A stretch of 64,000 nt of DNA from an uncultured Gammaproteobacteria bacterium (GTDB lineage Bacteria; Pseudomonadota; Gammaproteobacteria; DSM-19610): NCBI GenBank assembly GCA_963695455.1, contig CAVOGN010000014.1, positions 96,644 through 160,643 on the forward strand, written 5' to 3'. The translations under genes and the position numbers were made by a program. The stretch's first letter is position 1, and each line of letters begins with the position of its first letter. Positions 1-8,855 of this stretch are shown here, piece by piece. The notes below the pieces were generated by a model that ran no database searches, was not told the origin of the DNA, and was given only the letters and a program-made list of their open reading frames with translations.

Positions 1-721
1 CAGCGGACCGGGGCGCGTCTCCGCCCTGATACTCCTCGCCGAGTACGCGGGCCACAACCCGATAGCCGGCCTTGTGGATCAGTCCGGCAACAAAGGCATC
101 GAATACCGGCACTGCGTTGCGCCTGGCCAGGTATTCGCATGCCACGGCACAGTGTTCCGCCTGTTGCCATAAGGGTGGTCCGGCGAGTTTACTGAAATGA
201 TCCGTGTGACCTTTCAGCAGCGGTCTGAATACCGCCCTGGCCGTCAGGGCACGCAGTCCGTCACGACCCAGCAGTTGCAGGGCATGTTCGATACCGGTAA
301 TCGACTCGCGGCTTGCGTAAAAGGGACTGTTGGCAAAACGCAGCACATTGCCGAGCAGCACCGCATCCCGGCTGATCTCCGCTGCCAGCTCATCACCGGA
401 GCGGGTTTCATCGCTGAATGATTGCATCAGCCCGGGAATCACCTTGGGGACGCGCGGCACCAGGGCGGCAATATCAGCACCCTTGCCCGACAGTCGATCC
501 ACCCGTTTCATCACTTTGCGTTCCAGCGGATTGACGCTGTTGATGAATGAGCTCACCCCCAGCAGCTCTGCGCAGAAGGTCCGCTCCAGGCGCCGCGCTG
601 TCAGAACCTCACGCGCGGTTTCGATAGCGATGGTTGTGTTGCCGGCCCGCGACTCCCGCAATCCGGACTCAGACACCTCGGCCTTATTGCGTCTCGCGAA
701 GCCTGTCAGCTTATTCCACAT
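1..721 (-). CDS. HDOD domain signal-transduction protein (3' end outside the window)
   Basis: Absent from the ORF track. Manual translation from ATG at 721 gives MWNKLTGF...VPRVPKVIPGLMQSF...LAAEISRDAVLLGNVLRFANSPFY...ITGIEHALQLLG...AFVAGLIHKAG, which matches HDOD motifs. Confidence 0.85.
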   Translation of the reverse strand, partial: MWNKLTGFARRNKAEVSESGLRESRAGNTTIAIETAREVLTARRLERTFCAELLGVSSFINSVNPLERKVMKRVDRLSGKGADIAALVPRVPKVIPGLMQSFSDETRSGDELAAEISRDAVLLGNVLRFANSPFYASRESITGIEHALQLLGRDGLRALTARAVFRPLLKGHTDHFSKLAGPPLWQQAEHCAVACEYLARRNAVPVFDAFVAGLIHKAGYRVVARVLGEEYQGGDAPRSA

Positions 722-1025
722 CGGTGTTTCCCATGCTCGGCGCCCGCGGCAACCCCGACCGGAGTCGCCTTTCTCGCCCTGTGCTTCCATACCCCGCCGC
801 CACTATAGCGGTTTCCGCTGCCAAACGCAGACCCCGCCGGCCGGAAGCCGCAGCCCGGACCGATGGCGGCCCGGCCCCTTCTACAACCCTGTGACTTTAC
901 AACGGATTCCTGTGCTGTTTTGCTGCGGCAAAAAAAATCCACCCATCCGGTTTCATCCTCGCCATCCGGGTGACTAGAATTAGTGCCAGGGGAGCCAAAC
1001 AATTACTGAAAGTAGCAGCAACAGA

Positions 1026-3827
1026 ATGTCCTCTCCACAGTTTTCGAAGCAACGGCCCAACCCGACCCGCGCGGTACTGAGTCCCGGGCTGCGGCTGCTG
1101 CTCGGCTTTGTGCTGCTGCTGTTCGGACTGCTGGCGATCAATTCGCTCTATCTGGTGAGCGTCACTGTCGCCGAGCAAATCGGCCGCCAGACCTATCAGA
1201 ACTATTTCTACCTGATCATGTTCCTGGCTCATCTCGGCCTCGGCCTGCTGCTGATCGTGCCCGGGCTGCTGTTCGGTGCCCTGCACCTGCGCCGGGCCTG
1301 GCGCTGGCGGCGTCATAATCGCTACGCCGTCGGCGCCGGGCTGGCGCTGTACAGCTGCGCCATCCTGCTGCTTGGCTCGGGGGTGCTGCTGACCCGCTTC
1401 GGGTTCTTCGAGATCAACGATCCCCTGGTCCGCTCCGTCGCCTACTGGCTGCACGTCATCACACCGCTGGCGGTGGTCTGGCTGTTCGTGCTGCACCGGC
1501 TGGCCGGACCGCGGCTGCACTGGCGCAGCGGTGGCTACTGGTCGGCTGCTGCGGTGGCGTTCAGTGCAGCGGCCCTGGGCCTGCACCTCTGGGCTCAGCC
1601 GGAGCCGCCCGAACTCGAGCGGCCGTTCCTGCCCGCCCTGGTGCAGAGCACCGCCGGGCAGCGCATTCCCCCCGCGCATCTCAGCACCGATGCGGTGTGC
1701 GGCGAGTGCCACGCAGACATTCTGCAGCAGACCGCAGCCAGCATGCACCGTCTGAGCTCCTTCAATAACCCTGCCTACCGCTTCAGCGTGGATGAGGCAC
1801 GCCGGGTGCTGCTGGAACGCGATGGCGACGTGCAGGCCGCGCAGTTCTGCGCCGGCTGTCACGACCCGGTGCCGCTGATGAGCGGCCGCTTCAGCGACCC
1901 CGCTTATGACGCTGACAGCGACCCCGGCGCCATGGCCGGCATCACCTGCATGACCTGTCACGCCATCAGCCAGATCAACAGCCCGCGCGGCAACGCCGAC
2001 TACACACTCACCGATCCACCGCGCTACCCGTTCGCCTTCAGCGAGCAGCCGCTGCTGCGCGCCATCAACCGCCAGTTGATCAAGGCCAAACCCGGGTTTC
2101 ACAAGCAGACGCTGTTGAAACCGCTGCACAAGAGTGCCCAGTTCTGCTCCACCTGCCACAAGGTGCACCTGCCCTATGCGCTCAACCGCTACCGCTGGCT
2201 GCGCGGCCAGAATCACTACGACAGCTTCCTGCTGAGCGGTGTATCGGGGCACCGCGTGGACAGCTTCTACTATCCGCCGCAGGCAAAAGAGAACTGTGCC
2301 CAGTGTCATATGCCGGGGGTTGTCTCCGACGACCCCGCGGCGCGTGATTTCGCCGGCAGCGGCCGGCCTATGGTGCACGATCACCGCTTCGCGGCCGCCA
2401 ACACCGCGGTGCCGGTGATGATCGGTGAGGCCACCGAGCACAACGCGGCACGCCGCGAAATGCTGGGCAAAGCGGCGCGGGTGGACATCTTCGGTCTGCG
2501 CGCTGACGGCCGGGTCGACGGAGCGCTGCACGCACCGCTGCGCCCGCAGCTGCCGGCCCTGCAGCCGGGCGAACGCTATCTGCTGGAAACGGTGGTCCGC
2601 ACCCTGGGCGTGGGCCACGAGCTGACCCAGGGCACCTCGGATTCCAACGAACTGTGGCTGGACGTAACCGTGTCGAGCGGCGGGCGGGTCATCGGACGCT
2701 CGGGTGCGCTGGACGCCGAGGGGGACGCCGACCCCTGGGCGTATTACCTGAACGCCTACGTGCTGGATCGAGATGGCAACCGCATCGACCGGCGCAATGC
2801 CCAGGATATCTTCGTGGCGCTCTATAACCATCAGATCCCGCCCGGTGCCGCAGCCGTGGCCCACTACGCTTTCCGCGTGCCGCCCGATGCCAGCGAACCG
2901 CTCACCATCGAGGTGAAGCTGCAGTACCGCAAGTTCGACACCCGCTTCCTGCGCCACGTGCTGGGCGAGCGGTTCCAGCGCAACGCGCTGCCGATCACCA
3001 CGCTCGCCAGTGACCGCATCACCCTGCCGGTCGGCGCCTCCCCGGCCGCGCCCGCGCAGAGCGTTGCCATCCCGGTCTGGGAGCGCTGGAATGACTACGG
3101 CATCGCGCTGCTGCGCGAAGGCGATCAGGGCGCCAACAAGGGCGAGCTGCGCGCGGCGACCGCAGCCTTCGAACAGGTCGAAGCCCTCGGGCGTCCCGAC
3201 GGCCCGCTGAATCTGGCGCGGGTCTATTACAAGGAAGGTCGGCTCGAGGAGGCCGCGGCGGCGCTGCGCCGCGCGGCCGCGTTCGATCCGCCGGCGCCGC
3301 CCTGGACTCTGGCCTGGTACGCCGCGCTGGTGGATCGCGAGCTGGGCAATCTGGATGCGGCCATAGCCGGGCTGGAAGCGCTCGCTGACACCCGTTTTCA
3401 GTCCGCCCGGGCGCGCGGCTTCGACTTCAGCCGTGATTACCGCATGCTGAACGAGCTGGGCCGCACGCTGTACGAACGCGCCCGCCAGGAGCGCGGCAGC
3501 GCACAGCGCGCGGCACGGCTCGACTTGCTGCAGCAGGCAGAGGCGCGCTTTGCCCAGGTGCTGGCTATCGACCCCGAGAACCTCACTGCCCACTACAATC
3601 TGGCGCTGGTGTACGCGGAGCTGGAACAGCCGGCGCTGGCGCAGCAGCATCGCGAACTGCACGACCAGTACCGCCCCGATGACCAGGCCATCGAGCGCGC
3701 CGTCAGCGCGCACCGCAGCCGCAACCCGGCGGCCAACCACGCCGCCGAGGCGGTCGCGATCTATGACCTGCAGCGCGCGCCGACGGCGGAACGCGAAACG
3801 AAGGTATCAGCCATAGAAGCGAATTAA
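1026..3827 (+). CDS. Membrane-anchored multiheme c-type cytochrome with an N-terminal His-bearing TM domain and C-terminal TPR repeats
   Basis: Five CxxCH motifs (CGECH, CAGCH, CMTCH, CSTCH, CAQCH), about 5 N-terminal hydrophobic helices, and TPR-like C-terminal segments (NLARVYYKEG, AHYNLALVY). Confidence 0.85.
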   Translation: MSSPQFSKQRPNPTRAVLSPGLRLLLGFVLLLFGLLAINSLYLVSVTVAEQIGRQTYQNYFYLIMFLAHLGLGLLLIVPGLLFGALHLRRAWRWRRHNRYAVGAGLALYSCAILLLGSGVLLTRFGFFEINDPLVRSVAYWLHVITPLAVVWLFVLHRLAGPRLHWRSGGYWSAAAVAFSAAALGLHLWAQPEPPELERPFLPALVQSTAGQRIPPAHLSTDAVCGECHADILQQTAASMHRLSSFNNPAYRFSVDEARRVLLERDGDVQAAQFCAGCHDPVPLMSGRFSDPAYDADSDPGAMAGITCMTCHAISQINSPRGNADYTLTDPPRYPFAFSEQPLLRAINRQLIKAKPGFHKQTLLKPLHKSAQFCSTCHKVHLPYALNRYRWLRGQNHYDSFLLSGVSGHRVDSFYYPPQAKENCAQCHMPGVVSDDPAARDFAGSGRPMVHDHRFAAANTAVPVMIGEATEHNAARREMLGKAARVDIFGLRADGRVDGALHAPLRPQLPALQPGERYLLETVVRTLGVGHELTQGTSDSNELWLDVTVSSGGRVIGRSGALDAEGDADPWAYYLNAYVLDRDGNRIDRRNAQDIFVALYNHQIPPGAAAVAHYAFRVPPDASEPLTIEVKLQYRKFDTRFLRHVLGERFQRNALPITTLASDRITLPVGASPAAPAQSVAIPVWERWNDYGIALLREGDQGANKGELRAATAAFEQVEALGRPDGPLNLARVYYKEGRLEEAAAALRRAAAFDPPAPPWTLAWYAALVDRELGNLDAAIAGLEALADTRFQSARARGFDFSRDYRMLNELGRTLYERARQERGSAQRAARLDLLQQAEARFAQVLAIDPENLTAHYNLALVYAELEQPALAQQHRELHDQYRPDDQAIERAVSAHRSRNPAANHAAEAVAIYDLQRAPTAERETKVSAIEAN

Positions 3828-3828
3828 G

Positions 3829-3968
3829 CGCGAAGGACACCAAGGGCGCGAAGGAAACAAGTATGGAATGGGTTTCATTCAAAACAGCGTGTTGGGAAAA
3901 GTTGTGTTCTGCCTCAGCTCTGCCTCAGAAAGGGAGGTTGTTACGTGGCGTCCTTAGCGTCCTTCGCG
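3829..3968. repeat. Imperfect intergenic inverted repeat built from 9-bp units
   Basis: cgcgaaggacaccaagggcgcgaagg at about 3829-3854 is the imperfect reverse complement of tggcgtccttagcgtccttcgcg at about 3946-3968. Confidence 0.6.
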
Positions 3969-4063
3969 GGTAGACTCTGCAATGCCAAAATGACCCACTC
4001 GATCAGGGGAACAGCCATTCGCAGGCTGTATGATGTCACTTTGATTAGCAACGTTTCCTGACC

Positions 4064-5899
4064 ATGAATGACCAGTCCAAATCGACCGGGCGCAGCGAAG
4101 GCGAGGCGATCATCCGCAGGGCGCTGCGCCGATCATTGCTGACCCTGGTGCTGCTGGCGGCTATCGTGGCGCTCGGTTATCTTTTCACCCGCACGCCGCA
4201 GGACAGCACGCCGGTCCCCGAGGCCCAGGTGCAGGCGCCCGCCGCGCGGCCGGCAACGCCGGCCAGTCAACCGCCGGCGGTACGCTTCACCGACATCACC
4301 GATGCCGCCGGCATCGACTTCGTGCACGTCAACGGCGCCTATGGTGAACGCCTGATGCCCGAGACCATCGGCAGCGGCGCCGCGTTCTTCGATTACGACA
4401 ACGACGGCGACCAGGACCTGTTCCTGGTCAACTTCCGCCACTGGCCGGACCATCCCGGCGACAGCACTCCGACCCAGGCGTTGTACCGCAACGATGGCAA
4501 CGGACATTTCGAGAACGTCAGCGCGGCCGCGGGACTGGCCCTGGAAACCTACGGCATGGGCGTGGCAGTCGGCGACTACGACGGCGACGGCTGGCAGGAC
4601 CTGTTCCTGTCGTCGCTCAAGAAAAACTATCTGTTCCGCAATGAACAGGGTCGTTTTCGCGACGTCACCGACACGGCGGGAGTCGGTGGCCGGGATGATC
4701 TGTGGAGCACCGGCGCGGCCTTTCTCGACTATGACCGCGACGGCGATCTGGATCTGTTCGTGCTGAACTATGTGCACTGGACGCGCAGGGACGACCTGGA
4801 GATCGACTTCCGGCTGGCGGGCCTGGGGCGAGCCTATGGAGCGCCGAACAATTTCCGCGGCACCGACAGCTACCTGTACCGCAACGACGGCGACGGCCGC
4901 TTCAGCGATGTCTCTGCGGCAGCCGGGATCCAGATCCACGACCCGGTGTCCGGCCTGCCGGTCGGTAAAGGCCTGGGGCTGGTCCCGGTCGACTACGACC
5001 GCGACGGCTGGCTGGACCTGGTCATCGCCAACGATACCGCACGCAATTTCCTGTTCCACAATCTGGGCAACGGCCGCTTCGAGGAAGTCGGTGCCTTCGA
5101 AGGCCTGGCTTTTGACCGCAACGGCAAGGCGACCGGCGCCATGGGCATCGACGCGGCACGCTACCGCAACGACGGTGAGCTGGGCATCGCCATCGGCAAC
5201 TTCGCCAACGAGATGAGCTCGCTGTTTGTCAGCACCAATGGCGGACCGCCGTTTGCCGACGAGGCGGTGCTGGACGGTCTGGGCCCGGCCTCGCGGCTGG
5301 CGCTGACCTTCGGCGTGCTGTTCTTCGACTATGATCTCGACGGTCGCCTCGATCTGCTGCAGGCCAACGGTCACCTGGAACACGAAATCAACAAAGTGCA
5401 GGCCAGCCAGCAGTATGCGCAGCCGCCGCAGCTGTTCTGGAACTGCGGTGGCGACTGTCCGGCGGCGTTCCTGCTGGTCAGCGAAACCGGCGACCTGGCG
5501 CGGCCACTGGTGGGGCGCGCCGCCGCTTACGCTGATATCGACGCCGACGGCGACCTCGATGTGCTGATTACCCAGAACGGCCGCCGCGCCGCGCTGTACC
5601 GCAACGACCAACAGCTGGGGCACCACTGGCTGCGTATCAAGCTGGTGGGCGCGGGCCAAGACCGCGCCGCCATCGGCGCGCGGCTGGCGTTGACCGCGGG
5701 CGGCGTCACCCAGTACCGCGACCTGGTGCCGACCCGCTCCTACCTCTCGCAGGTCGAACTGCCCGTGACCTTCGGGCTGGGCAGCCACGCCAAAGTCGAT
5801 GCGCTGGATATCACCTGGCCGGACGGCACGCAGCAGTCGCTGACACCGACGGCGGTCGACACCACCCTGATCGTCACTCAGCCGGGAGTCGAGTCGTGA
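4064..5899 (+). CDS. CRTAC1-family protein (FG-GAP/VCBS repeats + ASPIC/UnbV domain) with an N-terminal membrane anchor
   Basis: Repeated DYDxDGxxDL motifs; C-terminal AIGARL...SYLSQ...VTFGLG...ITWPDG, the UnbV/ASPIC signature. Confidence 0.9.
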   Translation: MNDQSKSTGRSEGEAIIRRALRRSLLTLVLLAAIVALGYLFTRTPQDSTPVPEAQVQAPAARPATPASQPPAVRFTDITDAAGIDFVHVNGAYGERLMPETIGSGAAFFDYDNDGDQDLFLVNFRHWPDHPGDSTPTQALYRNDGNGHFENVSAAAGLALETYGMGVAVGDYDGDGWQDLFLSSLKKNYLFRNEQGRFRDVTDTAGVGGRDDLWSTGAAFLDYDRDGDLDLFVLNYVHWTRRDDLEIDFRLAGLGRAYGAPNNFRGTDSYLYRNDGDGRFSDVSAAAGIQIHDPVSGLPVGKGLGLVPVDYDRDGWLDLVIANDTARNFLFHNLGNGRFEEVGAFEGLAFDRNGKATGAMGIDAARYRNDGELGIAIGNFANEMSSLFVSTNGGPPFADEAVLDGLGPASRLALTFGVLFFDYDLDGRLDLLQANGHLEHEINKVQASQQYAQPPQLFWNCGGDCPAAFLLVSETGDLARPLVGRAAAYADIDADGDLDVLITQNGRRAALYRNDQQLGHHWLRIKLVGAGQDRAAIGARLALTAGGVTQYRDLVPTRSYLSQVELPVTFGLGSHAKVDALDITWPDGTQQSLTPTAVDTTLIVTQPGVES

Positions 5900-7599
5900 T
5901 GCGCCGGCACCGACATCCGCGGCTCGCACCGACAACGGCATCCTGGCTGGCGGGCCTGGCGCTGCTGGCCGTGCCGTTTGCGTCACCCGCCGATGCCGTC
6001 TCCGAGCTGCCGGAGCAATGGCAGCCGCGCCTGCAAGCGGTGCCGGAAGCAGATATCTCCGGGGTGGAAAACGTCGGCCAGGACAGCATCACGCAGACCC
6101 GCGCGCGACTGGCGGCGCGGCTTGGCGAGGAGCCGGCCGACAACGCAGAACTCGCCGAAGGCTACGCCAGCCTGGCGGCGCTGTATCAGTTGTTCCGCAT
6201 CGATGCCGCAGCGGCGCTGTGCTGGGACAACGCACGCCAGCTGCAGCCGGACGCGTTTCGCTGGCACTACTACGCCGGCTACCTGGCGCTGACCCGCGGC
6301 CAGAGCACGCGGGCGCTGGAGCTGCTGGAACAGGCACGCGCGCTGGATCCCGCCTACCCCGCCCTGGACCTGCGCCTGGGCCAGCTGTGGCTGGAGACCA
6401 ATCGGCTGCCGCAGGCACAGGCAGCCCTGGAACGGGCCGCAAATACACCGGGGCTGCGCGCCGCCGCGCTCTACTACCTGGGGCAGCTCGAGCTGCTGCA
6501 GCGCGACTACGGCGCCGCCCGCGACCACCTGAGCGAGGCGCTGACGCTCAACCCAGAGGCCAGCGAGGTTCATTATCCCCTGGCACAGGCGTACCGCCAG
6601 CTGGGCGAACCGACCCTGGCGCGCGAGCACCTGGACAAATTCGAGCGCCGCGAGCCGACCGCTGAAGATCCTCTGGTCAGCGAGCTCGAACAGGTGCTGC
6701 GCACGTCGCGCAGCGATTTCGGTCAGGGCATGCGGGCGCTGCGCGAGCGCAACTACGAAAGCGCGATTCAACACTTCAGCGCCGGCCTGGAGATCGATCC
6801 CGACAATCTGGCGGCGCGCGTCAGCTATGCGCGCGTACTGTACCTCGGTGGCCAGACAGACGCTGCCGAGCAGCAGTTGCACACCGTGCTGGAGCGCGAT
6901 CCGCGCCAGCCGCTGGCGCAACTCCTGCTCGGTGTGCTGGCGCAGGCACGCGCCGAATCCGGGCAGGCCGCAGCCCGCTACCGCGCCGTACTGGAACTCG
7001 ATCCGCGCCACGACGGGGCGCATTTCTTCTTCGCCAACCTGCTGTTCAACCAGGGTCGCTACGCGCAAGCGGCCGAGCACTACGGCAGCGCGCTGGCGGT
7101 CAACCCGGACATCCCCCCTGCCCGCCTGCTGCAACTGGTGGCACGGCACCGCGCGGGCCAGGCGGAGCAGGAAACGGCGCAGCAACTGGAGCAGCTGCTC
7201 GCCCTGCATCCGGAGCAGCCGGAGCTGAAGTATGCGCTGATACGCCTGCGCGCCCTGAGCGCGGATCCCGCGGTGCGCGACAGCGTGCGGGCGCTCAACC
7301 TGGCCAATGAGCTGGCGCCCGGCCAGCCGACCCCGGCGAACATCCAGGCGCTGGCGCTGGCGGCTGCCGCCGACGGCCAGTTCGACCAGGCTGCCCGGCT
7401 GCAACAGCAGGTGGTGGACATGCTCGGCTGGATGACCGGCGCAGCGCAGTCACAGGCGATCCGGGATACGCTTGACGCCTACCAGGAGGGCGTCATGCCG
7501 ACCCAGGCGGCCTGGCCCGACGACGATCCGCTGTTGTCACCGCCGCCGCTCAATCCGGTCGAACCCTTCCGTGACTATCCGGCGCCGGTGCCGTTCTGA
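5896..7599 (+). CDS. Secreted tetratricopeptide-repeat protein
   Basis: Signal-peptide-like N-terminus, many TPR units, and a start overlapping the upstream stop (GTGA). Confidence 0.85.
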   Translation: MMRRHRHPRLAPTTASWLAGLALLAVPFASPADAVSELPEQWQPRLQAVPEADISGVENVGQDSITQTRARLAARLGEEPADNAELAEGYASLAALYQLFRIDAAAALCWDNARQLQPDAFRWHYYAGYLALTRGQSTRALELLEQARALDPAYPALDLRLGQLWLETNRLPQAQAALERAANTPGLRAAALYYLGQLELLQRDYGAARDHLSEALTLNPEASEVHYPLAQAYRQLGEPTLAREHLDKFERREPTAEDPLVSELEQVLRTSRSDFGQGMRALRERNYESAIQHFSAGLEIDPDNLAARVSYARVLYLGGQTDAAEQQLHTVLERDPRQPLAQLLLGVLAQARAESGQAAARYRAVLELDPRHDGAHFFFANLLFNQGRYAQAAEHYGSALAVNPDIPPARLLQLVARHRAGQAEQETAQQLEQLLALHPEQPELKYALIRLRALSADPAVRDSVRALNLANELAPGQPTPANIQALALAAAADGQFDQAARLQQQVVDMLGWMTGAAQSQAIRDTLDAYQEGVMPTQAAWPDDDPLLSPPPLNPVEPFRDYPAPVPF

Positions 7600-7612
7600 T
7601 ACGCGCGTTTAT

Positions 7613-7932
7613 AGCCACGGAAGACACGGAAAGCACGGAAGAAACCCGTTTCAGGTAATCCGTGAGGGGGGTCGAGCCTCTGCAGGTTGGGCTGAACGAC
7701 GTTGCAACCCAACGGAATCGCAGTTCGTAGGTTGGGTTTAAACAGGATGACCCCCAACGAACCCGCATCGTTGGGCTTTGCAAGCTCAGCGCAATCTACA
7801 CACCAGATCGAGCAGTGGAACACGGTCGCTCGGTCAGGCTTCAGTCTCATGCAGCCCAACCAAGACGCTTTTCTAATGCCGCCGCGGCATACGCAAAAAG
7901 CTCTTTCCGTGCTTTCCGTGTCTTCCGTGGCT
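7613..7932. repeat. MITE-like unit: perfect 28-bp inverted repeats enclosing REP-like palindromes
   Basis: agccacggaagacacggaaagcacggaa (7613-7640) and its exact reverse complement (7905-7932); internal (g)taggttggg...cccaac units at about 7682-7713, 7727-7758 and 7770-7799. Confidence 0.75.
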
Positions 7933-7935
7933 GAC

Positions 7936-7965
7936 AAAAAAAGCGGGCCGCAGAGCGACCCGCTT
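7936..7965 (-). terminator. Rho-independent terminator of the sulfur globule gene
   Basis: Minus strand aagcgggtcgctctgcggcccgc forms a hairpin followed by a T7 run, about 60 bp after the stop. Confidence 0.75.
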
Positions 7966-8024
7966 CCTGAGCAGACCGGGCGGCGCATCCTGCTGCCGGC
8001 AACGGCCTGCAAGCTCGCAGCGTG

Positions 8025-8411
8025 CTACTTCTCGCCCGAGCTGGTCTGCGCCGGCTGCACCGGTGCCACGGCCGCGGGATAACCACCCCAGCCATAACCG
8101 GGATAGCCGCCCCAGCCATAACCGGGATAACCACCCCAGCCGTAACCGGGATAGCCGCCCCAGCCATAGCCGGGATAGCCGCCCCAGCCATAGCCGGGAT
8201 AGCCGCCCCAGCCATAGCCGGGATAGCCGCCCCAGCCGTAACCGGGATAGCCGCCCCAGCCCCAGGGGCCTCCCCCGTACCAGGGGCCGTCCCAGTAGTC
8301 ATTGCCCCACCAGGCGTTGGCAGGCATAGCACCCAGTGACAGGGCACCGGCCAGCGCAACACCACCCAGGGTCATCATGCCCTTCTGCAAAGTTAGCTTG
8401 TTGGTCTTCAT
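8025..8411 (-). CDS. Sulfur globule envelope protein, SgpA/SgpB-like
   Basis: AGGAGG RBS; Sec signal ending ANA; mature part WWGNDYWDGPWYGGGPWGW followed by G/Y/P/W repeats, the composition of Chromatiaceae Sgp proteins. Confidence 0.75.
   Translation of the reverse strand: MKTNKLTLQKGMMTLGGVALAGALSLGAMPANAWWGNDYWDGPWYGGGPWGWGGYPGYGWGGYPGYGWGGYPGYGWGGYPGYGWGGYPGYGWGGYPGYGWGGYPGYGWGGYPAAVAPVQPAQTSSGEK
8076..8259 (-). repeat. Coding tandem repeat, 24-bp unit (GGYPGYGW x7 plus a partial unit)
   Basis: Visible unit ccgggatagccgccccagccata(a/g) with only synonymous variation. Confidence 0.95.
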
Positions 8412-8855
8412 AGCAAGTTTCCTCCTAGCTGAATGGGCGCTGCCGATAACAGAACACGAAGGCACGCCCATCTCTAATAATAGCCATTTTTTTCCGGTCA
8501 TTAAGCCCCCGACCGAACAGAATCAGCGCAGGTCCCGGTGGTAGTCGCCAGGCTTGGCCCCGCCAAGTGCCGCGCGGGGGCGGTCTTACCCGGATGTCCC
8601 GTGGTCCGGCACCGGCATCCTCAATCCCCGCGAAAATTCCGCACCACCGGTCTGGCAAACTTCGCAGTGTCTGGAACTTAACCGGTAGTTTTCATAAACC
8701 GATTTAAGCCTGCCGTGACTAATTCGGTCATTGCACCGGGAGGGGCAACTGTGCCTTTCAGCGTACAGACGAAGAGCGTAACGCCCGGAAGGATACCCTG
8801 CGGCGCGGCGGCAGGTTCCGGGCCACTGATTCCATGCGATGCGATTGCTTCGCTG

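Noticed and set aside
897-7404. Long antisense ORFs (897-3740, 4133-5986, 5983-7404; similarly 11436-13109, 15512-17251, 48501-49979)
   Set aside because: These are shadow ORFs opposite well-supported genes, expected from high-GC codon bias, and show no motifs.
8076-8259. CRISPR array
   Set aside because: The units are contiguous 24-mers without unique spacers, lie in frame within a signal-peptide ORF, and no cas genes are present.
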